Below, piece after piece: positions 19,306 through 28,641 of a stretch of 64,000 bases of DNA (the stretch's first letter is position 1; each line of letters starts with the position of its first letter). The stretch lies in the IMG/VR virus record IMGVR_UViG_2930305612_000002, positions 2,176 through 66,175 of that record; one strand, written 5' to 3'. The position numbers and the translations under genes were made by a program. Source of the stretch: a virus. Taxonomy: Duplodnaviria; Caudoviricetes. The notes under the pieces are model-generated. The model was not told the DNA's origin. It did no database searches and was given only the letters and a program-made list of their open reading frames with translations.

Positions 19306-19640
19306 CAGTTACCACCCGCCCGCGCTGCACGCAGCAGCACGTGGTGAGCCGGGACTCGCTCGGTGCCGTACTCCACCCAACGGGCGTAGTAGGCGCTGTT
19401 GCCGACCGTGGCCGTAGCGCGGTCTCTGCGTCGGCCGCCGCGAGCCGTGGTCGTCACGTAGAAGCTGGCCTTGTACCGGCCCCGGTGCGGATCACCCGGA
19501 CCGCCCACTGGGGCAATGGCCTGGGCCACCGCTTCGATCTGCTCGGCCCGGTGCAACATGTCCGCCTGGATCATCCGAGACTTCAGCAGCTCCCCGACAC
19601 CCTTCTTGGACATCTTGAATCGTGCGGGCATCATGACCAC
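19305..19640 (-). CDS. HK97 gp10-like tail completion protein
   Basis: GRYKASF...YARWVEYGT. Confidence 0.85.
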   Translation of the reverse strand: MVMMPARFKMSKKGVGELLKSRMIQADMLHRAEQIEAVAQAIAPVGGPGDPHRGRYKASFYVTTTARGGRRRDRATATVGNSAYYARWVEYGTERVPAHHVLLRAARAGGN

Positions 19641-19661
19641 CTCTACTCACCAGGGGGCGGC

Positions 19662-19988
19662 ATGGACGTCAAAGGCGTCATGGGCAGCGTCAGCTTCGAC
19701 GGCGAATGGATCACCATCACGAAGAAGGAGATCGGCCAGCAGGCCCGCGAGTTCCGCATCCGAGCAGCCGAGGTCACCGGCACCCGACTCAAGCCAGCCA
19801 GCTGGGCGTTCCACGGCTACATGCAGTTCGTACTGCCCGGCAGCGCACCCGCCGACGAATCAAAGAGCCTCCTCGTAGGCGGCCGGCCACCACAGTCCGA
19901 CCCACACAGCCTGTCCATCCCCCGCCGCAGCAACGACGCCGCGAAGAAGCTCATGGCCGCCGTCGAGCAGGCCCGCCCTACCCCTTGA
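19662..19988 (+). CDS. DUF4429-like protein, opposite strand within virion operon
   Basis: MDVKGVMGSVSFDGEWITI...GYMQFVLPG...DPHSL. Confidence 0.75.
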   Translation: MDVKGVMGSVSFDGEWITITKKEIGQQAREFRIRAAEVTGTRLKPASWAFHGYMQFVLPGSAPADESKSLLVGGRPPQSDPHSLSIPRRSNDAAKKLMAAVEQARPTP

Positions 19989-20340
19989 CCCGGTCCGCCG
20001 CGAACTGCACCGGCCCAGACATGCCAGTGAAGACGTTGCGGCCCCAGTCGCCAGGCTCACCCGTGACCTCGCAGACCTGACCGCGAATGCGGCACTGGTC
20101 GGTCGTGAGCACATCGGTTCCAGGCGGGGCGTACACAGTGAACCCGACGATGACCGTGTCCCTCTCCTGCTGCTGCGCACCGCCCACCGACGGCGTCTCC
20201 GCGCGCGGCGCCACCACGCAGCCGACGATCGGGGTCTCCGTAAGAGGGCCTGGGATGGGCTGCCCCCGCGGATCCCGGCCCGGTGACGGCCCGCGGCGCA
20301 GGCGCACCACCGTCTCCCCATACGGGTACGGGGCGGGCAT
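19978..20340 (-). CDS. Head-to-tail stopper
   Basis: Position; TVYAPPGTDV...EVTGEP. Confidence 0.8.
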   Translation of the reverse strand: MPAPYPYGETVVRLRRGPSPGRDPRGQPIPGPLTETPIVGCVVAPRAETPSVGGAQQQERDTVIVGFTVYAPPGTDVLTTDQCRIRGQVCEVTGEPGDWGRNVFTGMSGPVQFAADRVKG

Positions 20341-20756
20341 CAGACCCAGCCCCAGCCAGGCTCGTACTCCAGCCCCGGACCGAACGTGTCATCCATCGGC
20401 CACGTCGGCGACGGGTCAGCTGTCGTGGGCGTCGGGTCGATCGTGAAGGCCCCACCACGGCCAGCAAGGGACTTGAGGGCCGCCTTGTCCGCCTTGGTCA
20501 GGTACAGCCCGCCCGAACCGCTCGGGCGCTGCACCGACATGGGGCCGATCGTCTCGTAGGACACCTGCTGCGGATTGACGTAGGCACGGCCGGCGACTGA
20601 CAGGACCACCGCGGTCGCCTGGTCCGGCAACGGCTTCACCACCGATTCGGCCAGGGCCACCGCCTGGGCGATCAGCAGATCAGCTCGGTCACCCTGGATC
20701 TCCTCCAGCCCCAGATAGAGGGCCAGCTGCTCAGCCGTCGGAGCTACGAACGCCAC
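20340..20756 (-). CDS. Head-to-tail adaptor
   Basis: RAYVNP...ETIGP...GLYLT. Confidence 0.8.
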   Translation of the reverse strand: MAFVAPTAEQLALYLGLEEIQGDRADLLIAQAVALAESVVKPLPDQATAVVLSVAGRAYVNPQQVSYETIGPMSVQRPSGSGGLYLTKADKAALKSLAGRGGAFTIDPTPTTADPSPTWPMDDTFGPGLEYEPGWGWV

Positions 20757-20768
20757 GGTCGCCTCCTA

Positions 20769-21800
20769 TCAGGCCAGAGATTCCACCGCGTCGCACCAAG
20801 CAGCCAGGTCGGCCGCCGGGTTGAGCTCCGCACTACGGGCCTTCGCCCGCTTCGCCGCCAGCCGGTACTCGGCAGGAGCCGCGAGCTTCCGCAGCACCGC
20901 CTCGTACCCCGCGACGTCGTTCCGGTCCACGAAGATGCCTGCTTCGCCCAGCGACTCGCACAGACCAGGCGTTGGGTGAGCCAGGACGGGGATGCCGGAC
21001 GCCAACGCTTCGACGCCGGCCCGGCCCCACGATTCGTAGGAGCTGGGCATGAGCAGGACTCGCGTGCGGGAGTAGACCCGTTCCCGCATGGCCTGGCCGT
21101 CGATGTGCTCGACGATCCCGACATTCGGAAGGTCCGGGAGAATCTGCTCGCCGTAGGCGCCGCGCACCGCCATGAACTCGGTGTCTGGCATCCGGCGAGC
21201 CAGGGACTCAAGGACCCGGCCCCCCTTCTCGGGGTTGCAGTTGATCAGGGTGACCTTCTTGCCGGGCTTCGTCGCGTAGTCCTCGGCGAACACCGGAGGG
21301 TTGACGATCAGCTCGGCAGCGGGGCGAACCGACTTCGGGTATTCGGCGAAGAACAGCTCTGCTTCAGCTCGCATCCACTGCGAATTGAAGACCGCCAGGG
21401 CCGTACCGCCGGCCGCCATGTCCCGGAACGTCGGCCGGTGCGTGTTGTGGCAGATCACCACCACCGGCTTGCTGTACCCGCGGGCCAGCGCCGACGTCGA
21501 CGGCACGCACTCCAGGTGCGACATCAGCACGTCCGCCTTACGGACCGCTGCTGCAAAGTCCATCCGGGCCCCAAGCGGCACGACTTTGATGCCCCGGTAC
21601 TCGTAGGGCTCGTGAGCCTTCCCGTACCGGGACAGCCAAACGGACACGTCGTGACCGCGGTCCACCAAGGGCCGCAGCATGCTGACGAGCATGTGCTCAG
21701 CCCCCGCATTGTGCTCCGGGGGCATCGCGTGGACCCTGGCGACGATCTGTAGCGGCTTGGCCGCCCCGCCCGGCGCGGAAGCCGGGACAGCCCTAGCCAT
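20769..21800 (-). CDS. GT4-like (GT-B fold) glycosyltransferase
   Basis: HNAGAEH, EKGG, MPSSYESWGRAGVEALASGIPV (E-x7-E). Confidence 0.9.
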   Translation of the reverse strand: MARAVPASAPGGAAKPLQIVARVHAMPPEHNAGAEHMLVSMLRPLVDRGHDVSVWLSRYGKAHEPYEYRGIKVVPLGARMDFAAAVRKADVLMSHLECVPSTSALARGYSKPVVVICHNTHRPTFRDMAAGGTALAVFNSQWMRAEAELFFAEYPKSVRPAAELIVNPPVFAEDYATKPGKKVTLINCNPEKGGRVLESLARRMPDTEFMAVRGAYGEQILPDLPNVGIVEHIDGQAMRERVYSRTRVLLMPSSYESWGRAGVEALASGIPVLAHPTPGLCESLGEAGIFVDRNDVAGYEAVLRKLAAPAEYRLAAKRAKARSAELNPAADLAAWCDAVESLA

Positions 21801-22759
21801 CAGGTCCCCGAGGGGCTGCTGGTGAACTTGACGAAGGCTTCCTCGTCGCCGAGGACGAAGCCGTAGTAGGCCTCAGCCAGCAACAATTCCAGGTTCTCCT
21901 GGAACGCCGAGTGGACGCCGCCGTCCTCGTCGATGTATGTCGCCTCGCGGGACCGCTTGATACTGATCTCCATGCCCACGCCGTAGGCCGCCTGTGACCA
22001 GTCGCCACCGATCGCACGCAGCCCAGAGTCGGCGCTGCCCGACTGGCGACGGAGCTTTCCGGACACGCTGCGGGAGTAGGCGATCGGCTCGCCAATCAGT
22101 TCGCCCTGAAGCGCAGCCCCGGTACCGTGCCCCGGTTGCCGGGTCGCCACGAACAGCGGCTCACCCGTCGTGCTGGTAGCAGCCAGCAACTTCGGCTTGA
22201 GGCGGTTATCGGCGACGGTGCCGGTGTAGTCCCAGTCGTCGTCGATGATCTCCTCCATGCCGTCGACGAAGTCGCGCCAGATGCCGCCCGTCCCCTGCGA
22301 CGCTGTCCCCAGCGAAACGCTCTTGGTCGTGGCCGCGAGGTAGTCCTGGAACGGACCGGCCCCCCCTCGCATGTTCTTGCCGTGAATGGTGGCCATGTCA
22401 AAGGCGCGGGCGAACGCCGTCGGCAGGTCACGTTGCAGCTGAGTCCACAGCCCCGCAGCGTTGGACTGCACGACCTCCATTGAGACGGGGATGAGGACGG
22501 CGATCTTCTTGCCAGACATCTGCTTGACTTCGATCCCACCGGACGAGAGGGGCTTGCGGCCACCTTCCGACACCCAGTCGGCGGTCGGCACGTCCAGCGG
22601 CACAGGCACGGCGGTGTTCGCCGACATGCTCAGGGGGACGCGCCGCGCTAGCGACATGACGGCTGACCCCTCGACCGACTTATCGAAGATGGGGGCGACC
22701 AACGTCTCCGGCAAGAAGACGGGGTCGACGGTAGAAAGCTTGATCGGGCTAGTGGCCAT
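21800..22759 (-). CDS. Major capsid protein (HK97 fold)
   Basis: ADWVSEGGRKP, KKIAVLIPVSME, GDWSQ, FQENL. Confidence 0.92.
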   Translation of the reverse strand: MATSPIKLSTVDPVFLPETLVAPIFDKSVEGSAVMSLARRVPLSMSANTAVPVPLDVPTADWVSEGGRKPLSSGGIEVKQMSGKKIAVLIPVSMEVVQSNAAGLWTQLQRDLPTAFARAFDMATIHGKNMRGGAGPFQDYLAATTKSVSLGTASQGTGGIWRDFVDGMEEIIDDDWDYTGTVADNRLKPKLLAATSTTGEPLFVATRQPGHGTGAALQGELIGEPIAYSRSVSGKLRRQSGSADSGLRAIGGDWSQAAYGVGMEISIKRSREATYIDEDGGVHSAFQENLELLLAEAYYGFVLGDEEAFVKFTSSPSGT

Positions 22760-22774
22760 CGGGGACTACCTTTC

Positions 22775-23368
22775 TCAGCGGCCCCGTGTGAGGCCCTGCT
22801 TCATGAAGGCGGCAAACTCGGCCGCCGGATCGTTGGAAGTGCGGTTGTTGTTGCCCGAGGAGCCCTGTGTGCGATCTGGACGGGGGGAACGCGGCCCCCC
22901 ATCTGGCCTGCCCCAGTGCGGCTTCCGCTTCAGCAGGTCGGCCAGATCTGACTTGATGCCCTCGGTGTCGATGACGCCGTCGTCATCCACGTAGGCGGCG
23001 AGGTCGAGAGCGCCAGCGGCGTCCTCGGGATCGGCGAACTCCGCCGACGCGAGAGCCTCGACCTTCGAGGCGACCGCGGTACGGACAGCCTTCGCGGCCC
23101 GCTCCTCGGCGGCCGTAAGCTGCCCTTGAAGACGCTCCGCGTCCGACTTTTGCGCGTCCTTCAGCGCCTGCGCCTCGCGGGCAAGGGGCTCCAGATCGCT
23201 CGCCTTGGTGCGGTACTTGGCCGCCTCCTTACGAAGCTTCTCGATCTCCCTGCGTGCCGCATTCGGGTCGGCCCACGGGTCCGCCTTGGTCGCCTCCGCC
23301 TCCGGGGCGGTCTCGGTCTCCTGCGACTCCGTCTCAACCTGCTGCTCTGTCTGGGTCTCTTCGGGCAT
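22775..23368 (-). CDS. Capsid scaffolding protein
   Basis: Acidic N-terminus, KLRKEAAKYRT coiled coil; precedes capsid gene. Confidence 0.85.
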   Translation of the reverse strand: MPEETQTEQQVETESQETETAPEAEATKADPWADPNAARREIEKLRKEAAKYRTKASDLEPLAREAQALKDAQKSDAERLQGQLTAAEERAAKAVRTAVASKVEALASAEFADPEDAAGALDLAAYVDDDGVIDTEGIKSDLADLLKRKPHWGRPDGGPRSPRPDRTQGSSGNNNRTSNDPAAEFAAFMKQGLTRGR

Positions 23369-23373
23369 GACTG

Positions 23374-23417
23374 TTTCGCCCTCCAGGGGCTGAGAAAGGC
23401 CACCTCCAGGGCGGCCA
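23374..23417 (-). promoter_or_regulatory. Two CUGGA-loop hairpins in scaffold leader
   Basis: GGCCGCC-CTGGA-GGTGGCC and GCCC-CTGGA-GGGC, the latter containing the SD. Confidence 0.6.
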
Positions 23418-23424
23418 TTGGGGA

Positions 23425-24195
23425 TTACAGAACGGGCATGTGCCCGTGGTCGGCGAGAGCCTGGCGGAACCGCCTCAGCTGATCGCCCGAGTGGGGCGCC
23501 GCGAACTCGCGGTACAGCCGCTCCCACTCACGCGCATGATCGGACAGCTCGAACCGCTGCCCTCTGAACACCGGGACCACGCCGCAATGACAGCCGTCGT
23601 GGGCACGGAAGTCTGCTGTGTCCTGCTTGTACACGGCCCGGCGAGTGACCAGCATCTTGCAAAACGCGCATGCACCCAACGCGGCGGAACGAGCCCACGC
23701 TGTTGCCTGACCATCTCGGCGCACCGCCTCCTGGACAGTGCCCCTTCCCTGGTCGGCGACGAGCTTCTGCGCGACCGCCTCGGCCTTCTTCTCCGCCTGG
23801 GCCAGCCTGATATCGAGAGGCTCGCGCTGGGCTTCTGTGGTCGCCGGATCCTCTGGATCTCGCTCCCAGATGTCCTTCGTCGCCCAGCGAAGACTGTTCT
23901 GCACCTGCTCCTCGGGTGGCGGGTCCAGCAACGGCACCGTGAACCGGCCCGTCACCCGGGCCGCCACACGCTCCGCCTCGTAGTAGTCCGCCGCCAGCGC
24001 CGCTGACGCAGTCCCGTACTGGTCAACCAGAGCACGCACAGCCTCGATCCAGTCCGGGACCGTCGCCTGCAGCCGGGACGGGATGATGAGCCGCCGCAGA
24101 CCTCGCATGTCCCGCACCAGCATCCTCGTCAGGCCGCGCTGGGCCCGGCGGTTACGGTCCGCCGAAGCGCCACCGTCAGAGACCCTCGTCGCCAT
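23425..24195 (-). CDS. MuF-like / VG15-like minor head protein
   Basis: ACAFCKML...AHDGCHC; between portal and scaffold. Confidence 0.75.
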   Translation of the reverse strand: MATRVSDGGASADRNRRAQRGLTRMLVRDMRGLRRLIIPSRLQATVPDWIEAVRALVDQYGTASAALAADYYEAERVAARVTGRFTVPLLDPPPEEQVQNSLRWATKDIWERDPEDPATTEAQREPLDIRLAQAEKKAEAVAQKLVADQGRGTVQEAVRRDGQATAWARSAALGACAFCKMLVTRRAVYKQDTADFRAHDGCHCGVVPVFRGQRFELSDHAREWERLYREFAAPHSGDQLRRFRQALADHGHMPVL

Positions 24196-25618
24196 CCGGC
24201 GCCTCCGGGTCCTCATCCGTTTCCGGATCCTCTTCATTGCCAGCCTGCGCCAGACGTTCCAGTAGCTGCCTGCCCTGAGCCCGGCGCCGGTCCGCGGCAA
24301 TCCGGCGACGCTGGTCCTCGGTGAAGCCGGCCATCTCCAGCAGCACATCCGAGTCCGCCGGCACGATGCCGGCCTGGGCCAGCTTCACGGAGGCGTCAGT
24401 CTGGGCTGCCAGCGTCGGCGTTGCCGGGTTCCGCCACACGGTCTCGATGCGCCGGGTCTTGTCCGGCGGCTCGCCGTCACGGAACCACAGCGCCAGACGC
24501 ATGTACTCGCGGTGCGTGGCGCCGAACCGGCGGATGCGCCTCTCGGCCTTCTTCACCAGCGAGTTGTCTGCGAACCGGATCGCGTCGGCGGAAGCCGGGT
24601 TGTCGCTGCTGTATCCGAGCGTGTGGGGCGCCACGGAGAGCTGTGAGGCCATGATGCGGGCGTACAGGTCGATGATCTTCGTCATGCCGGTCGGGTCGTG
24701 AGCCGAGAACTGGCCCACCGTCGGCACCGCGCCGTCCTCGTCCCGCTCCAACGCCAAAACGCGGCCGATGTACGTCTCCCAGGCGCTCTTGGCATTGCCC
24801 TCGGCGTCCTGGAACGCCGACTCGGAGGCGCCGAGGATGTACCGCTGTGGGGCGCCGAAGAACTCGGCCGCCACCTCGATACCCATCAGTCGGCGGCAGG
24901 CCGCATCCGTGATTGACATGACCTCGGGGGTGATCTCCGACTTCCCGACCCTGTCCGCGGTCCGCTGGCGGTTCGCCATGCGCAGCACCGGGGGTACGCC
25001 CAGCCCGTGCATGTCCCGCTCGATCACTTCCCAGCCGCCGCTCGACAAGCCGACCGCATGGATCGTCTGCATCGGCATGTACAGCGTCACCAGTTTGTCT
25101 TCTGGCGCCAGCCCGAAGTCGAACCGGTCCTCGCACTCGCGCAGGCCGTACAGCGGCATCCGCAGTCGGGCATCCCACATGAGCGTCATGTCCAGCGGCG
25201 ACTCGAACGTGATGATCGGCGGAGCGTCGTCCGCGTCCGCCGAGCCAACCGTCACGTACTCACGACCGTAAGTCAGCGCATCCAAGTGCGCCAGGCTCGC
25301 CTCGTCGAACAGGTCATTCGCCTCGGCGATCTCCTTCAGGTCGGAAGCGTCCGAACCGTCGGCCCACCGAAAGGCCTCCAAGTCGAGGCGCTGCTCCAGC
25401 GCCTCGACGCCGATCCGCGGCCAGCCGATGACCGTATGCAGGCCCTCAAGCTGCGGCGGGATGGAGATCTTCAAGTCGCGGACCAGCTGCTCGCCGTTGA
25501 AGTACGCGTCCAGGAGTTCCAGCTTGAAGCGGGCGCTCGACAGATCCGACCGAAGCGTCGTCAGAATCTGTACCTCGTCATCCGACAGCCCAAGCAGGGG
25601 AAGGGTTGGGATCGTCAT
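24176..25618 (-). CDS. Portal protein (SPP1 gp6-like)
   Basis: GWPRIGVEALEQRL, NPASADAIR, WRNPATPT. Confidence 0.92.
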   Translation of the reverse strand: MTIPTLPLLGLSDDEVQILTTLRSDLSSARFKLELLDAYFNGEQLVRDLKISIPPQLEGLHTVIGWPRIGVEALEQRLDLEAFRWADGSDASDLKEIAEANDLFDEASLAHLDALTYGREYVTVGSADADDAPPIITFESPLDMTLMWDARLRMPLYGLRECEDRFDFGLAPEDKLVTLYMPMQTIHAVGLSSGGWEVIERDMHGLGVPPVLRMANRQRTADRVGKSEITPEVMSITDAACRRLMGIEVAAEFFGAPQRYILGASESAFQDAEGNAKSAWETYIGRVLALERDEDGAVPTVGQFSAHDPTGMTKIIDLYARIMASQLSVAPHTLGYSSDNPASADAIRFADNSLVKKAERRIRRFGATHREYMRLALWFRDGEPPDKTRRIETVWRNPATPTLAAQTDASVKLAQAGIVPADSDVLLEMAGFTEDQRRRIAADRRRAQGRQLLERLAQAGNEEDPETDEDPEAPDGDEGL

Positions 25619-27345
25619 CGCAGCACCACCACCCGTCCCTTACCGCGCGCCGACGAGCGCTTCGCCCACGCCGCTGAGTTCATGACGATCCGGCGCAGCA
25701 TCCGCGCGCCGATCGCACACACCAGCAAGTCGATCTTCCGAGCGGACTCACGGTGCTCCTTCATGACCGTGTAGCCCCAGGCGTTCGTCCGCCGCCGGCC
25801 GTTGGACACGTGCTGCCGCAGCACTTTGTGGCCGTCGTGCAGCATCTGCCGCTCCAGCACATCGCGGTAGAACCGGTCCACAGCCTCCGTGAAGACCTGC
25901 TGGCGGCGCCGGTCACGCATGTCCCACATCACCGCGTGCTGGCCGTGGCCGCTGGAAACGGCCTTCAGCTTCAGCCTCTTGCCGTACCGCTGCGCCCACG
26001 CGTCCACGAAGCCGTCCCAGTACCGCTCCCCGTCCGCCTCGTCCTGGCCCGCCCCCGGGTCGGCGAAGAACGCCAGAGGCTTGTAGTCGGCGAACACCTT
26101 GTCCACCACCCCGTCGACCTGGTCGCGGGGCACGCGCCAAGGGGTGCCGTCCGGCCAGTTCGCCGGCTTCTGCCACACGCCCAACGTCTTGAGGAAGCCG
26201 TCCGACAGACGGCATCCGACCAGGCCCGTCGCGTCGTCCGACTTGGAGCCGTCGAAGAACAGGACGATCTCGTCACCGGGCTGCAGGTCCATGCCCTCGT
26301 GCGGGCAGGCGTCCCACTCATACGGGGCCAGGAACGCGTCCTCGGCGGCCACGATCTGGTTGAACCAGAAGCGGCGCGACCTGCTCGCCGGGTTGCGGAC
26401 ATCGAGAATCGACGCCTTCAGCCGCTCAATGTCCAGCCACGTCGAATCGCCGCGCACAGCCTTCAGGGTGGGAACGATCCACGCCTCGCTCAGCTTCGCC
26501 TCGGCCGGAGCCTCCAAGCTGTCGTAGAACAGGCCCACGTCAGCCGCGCGTCCGGCCTCCGCCGACTCGAACGCTTCTCTGGTTCGCTCGGCCACCGAAT
26601 CTTCGCCCGGCTCATAGGCGTTGGTGTTCGCCAACGTCCGGGCCTGGCCGTCGGCGCTCTTCGTGGCGTTGCGCTCGATCACGGCCGCCATCTCGTGGCC
26701 ACTGTTCGACTCCACCCAGTGGTGCGTCTCGCCGAGGCTCACGAACGTCGGCCTGCCGCCCTCCAGCGCCCTCGGGGAGCTCGTCACGGCCTCAATCCGG
26801 GCCCGCCCCTTGTCGGCGTAGATGATCTCCTTGCCGAGGTCGATCCGGAACTCTTCGATCGCCCTCTTCGTCAGGATCGACGGAAACAACGTCATCGTGT
26901 TCCGCGTCTGATCCTGGCTGACGGCAGCGATCTGAACCCAGGCTGCCGGATGTTGAACACCCAGAGGCTGCCCCGGCGGTACGCCCCACTCGTTACCTTC
27001 ATCGGCGATCCCGCCGAACCGGCAGGGCCCCACGAACTCGAAGGCGGCATAGGTCGCGACCAAGGGGTCCTTCCCGTGCCCCTTCATTCGCTGGATCACG
27101 CCGTCGCGCCACACGAAACGGCCCGTGACCGGATCCATCGCGTACCACCACAGCGTCAATCGCGCCTGCTCCGGGGTGTACCGCCACGGCGCTCCGACGT
27201 AGTGCTGCAGGTACTCCGACGTCCACGCCAGCGCCTGCCAGCCCAGCGTGAACTCCGGCAGCACGAACTTGCCGTCCGGGCCACGCTTCCAGGTCGGGCC
27301 GACCGTGAAGGGGGTGACAACCTCGGGGACTTCCTCGTCAGCCAC
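25615..27345 (-). CDS. terL: Terminase large subunit
   Basis: RMKGHGKDP Walker A, LGETHHW, FFDGSKSDDAT, RKIDLLV. Confidence 0.95.
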   Translation of the reverse strand: MADEEVPEVVTPFTVGPTWKRGPDGKFVLPEFTLGWQALAWTSEYLQHYVGAPWRYTPEQARLTLWWYAMDPVTGRFVWRDGVIQRMKGHGKDPLVATYAAFEFVGPCRFGGIADEGNEWGVPPGQPLGVQHPAAWVQIAAVSQDQTRNTMTLFPSILTKRAIEEFRIDLGKEIIYADKGRARIEAVTSSPRALEGGRPTFVSLGETHHWVESNSGHEMAAVIERNATKSADGQARTLANTNAYEPGEDSVAERTREAFESAEAGRAADVGLFYDSLEAPAEAKLSEAWIVPTLKAVRGDSTWLDIERLKASILDVRNPASRSRRFWFNQIVAAEDAFLAPYEWDACPHEGMDLQPGDEIVLFFDGSKSDDATGLVGCRLSDGFLKTLGVWQKPANWPDGTPWRVPRDQVDGVVDKVFADYKPLAFFADPGAGQDEADGERYWDGFVDAWAQRYGKRLKLKAVSSGHGQHAVMWDMRDRRRQQVFTEAVDRFYRDVLERQMLHDGHKVLRQHVSNGRRRTNAWGYTVMKEHRESARKIDLLVCAIGARMLRRIVMNSAAWAKRSSARGKGRVVVLR

Positions 27346-27775
27346 CGATACGGGACTGATAGTCGGCGATCGCTGTCACGCTCGCCGGCCCCTGCTTGGC
27401 CGCCGGCTTCCGCTCCAGCTCCATGCGCGCACGTCGCCGTTCCCCCTCGGTCGACAGCAGCGACGACATCACCGAGTTCAATGCAGCCACCAGTTGCCCA
27501 TTCGGCGGCCGGTCGGACTGCAGGGCTCGGGACATCAGCTCGGCGGCGTACCGGGCGACAGCCCAGTCCGACGGCTCGTAGAACGCGGCCTGACCGGATT
27601 CCCGCAGTGACAGATACCAGTCCACCGCGATCTCGTGCCAGTGCTCCGCCGGCTCCGGCAGATCGGGGAGTTCCGCGGGCGGGCCCGCCGGGGCCTGCAC
27701 CAGATCCGGGCCGTCGTCCTTGTTGCGGCGCCGGCGCTCCTCACTGCGCTTCGGGATCGGTCCGTGAGCGCCCAT
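27338..27775 (-). CDS. terS: Terminase small subunit
   Basis: GPIPKRSEERRRRN...TEGERRRARMEL; GGAGG RBS. Confidence 0.88.
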   Translation of the reverse strand: MGAHGPIPKRSEERRRRNKDDGPDLVQAPAGPPAELPDLPEPAEHWHEIAVDWYLSLRESGQAAFYEPSDWAVARYAAELMSRALQSDRPPNGQLVAALNSVMSSLLSTEGERRRARMELERKPAAKQGPASVTAIADYQSRIGG

Positions 27776-27776
27776 G

Positions 27777-27853
27777 TCGACCTCCAGGGTCAAGCGCCAC
27801 CAGGGCGCGAAAGGGGCTGAGAACGCATCGACAAGGGACGCCACCAGGGCATT
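27777..27853 (-). promoter_or_regulatory. Three CUGG(A/U)-loop hairpins in terS leader
   Basis: ATGCC-CTGGT-GGCGT, GCGCC-CTGGT-GGCGC, TTGACC-CTGGA-GGTCGA. Confidence 0.6.
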
Positions 27854-27973
27854 CCTTGATCACGATGAAAGGTTGTTGCAGGTCAGGGGCCCTAGGGAAC
27901 CCGTACAGACAGACAGGTGCTATACGGCCCCGATCCCTGAAGATCGCCGGGAGGGGGTATCCCCCCAGGGTGA

Positions 27974-28177
27974 TCACGCGGCGAGGCGTTGGAAGTTGAT
28001 CTCGCTGGACCTCAGCGCTGCGCCGGCAAGGGCCCTGGCGTGTGGATCAGTCGAGGTTGTTGCGATGTTCGCGAGAACGTCAGCGAAGAGCTGATCTTCG
28101 AGTCCGTGAGCATGTTCGTAGTCCCGTGAGACATCGGCTATCGCCTGCACACGCTGCTGCACATGGGAGACGTCCAT
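27974..28177 (-). CDS. Hypothetical protein
   Basis: GGAGG RBS; DYEHAHGLEDQLF. Confidence 0.6.
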   Translation of the reverse strand: MDVSHVQQRVQAIADVSRDYEHAHGLEDQLFADVLANIATTSTDPHARALAGAALRSSEINFQRLAA

Positions 28178-28196
28178 GCCTGCCTCCCTCCGTGCC

Positions 28197-28433
28197 CTAC
28201 CGCCTGCGCCTGCCGGCGTTGGCCCTGCTCCCTGGCCATGCACCTGTGCGTGCTCGGTGCATGCGTGCGCAGTAGCCCTTGGCTCGTGGTCCTAGGTACT
28301 TACTCAGCTGCCTGTTGCACCTGGTCCAGTCGCCTGGTGTACCCCACCTGATGCGTGCTGCACCTGCGCCCTGTCCCCAGTAGGCCCTGAGTTGGGCAGC
28401 GTTGCCTGCCCTGCTGCGCCCCTTGCCTGCCAC
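28197..28433 (-). CDS. Small basic phage protein
   Basis: GAGGAG RBS; IRWGTPGDWTRC...GYCARMH. Confidence 0.65.
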   Translation of the reverse strand: MAGKGRSRAGNAAQLRAYWGQGAGAARIRWGTPGDWTRCNRQLSKYLGPRAKGYCARMHRARTGAWPGSRANAGRRRR

Positions 28434-28438
28434 GTGGA

Positions 28439-28639
28439 TCACTCCTCGTGCTGGTTGTCCTCGGGTTCGTCGATGCGGGTGATGGTCGCCCCTGCGTGTG
28501 CAGGGATGGCAAGGCATGGTCCGTGCTGGTCTGTGAGGACTGCCCATTCACCTTGGATGGTGAGCTTGAGTTCAGGGTCCTCGACGAGGATGTCCTCACC
28601 TTGCTTCCCCTTGGGGTGGGCGATCAGGTAGCGGGGCAT
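28439..28639 (-). CDS. Hypothetical protein
   Basis: AAGGAG RBS; closely follows HNH gene. Confidence 0.65.
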   Translation of the reverse strand: MPRYLIAHPKGKQGEDILVEDPELKLTIQGEWAVLTDQHGPCLAIPAHAGATITRIDEPEDNQHEE

Positions 28640-28641
28640 GC

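Noticed and set aside
21790-21810. Programmed frameshift fusing capsid to glycosyltransferase
   Set aside because: No X-XXY-YYZ slippery heptamer before the stop; TGATG overlap is explained by translational coupling
25753-27999. 748-aa + strand ORF
   Set aside because: Antisense to terL/terS; typical high-GC shadow ORF
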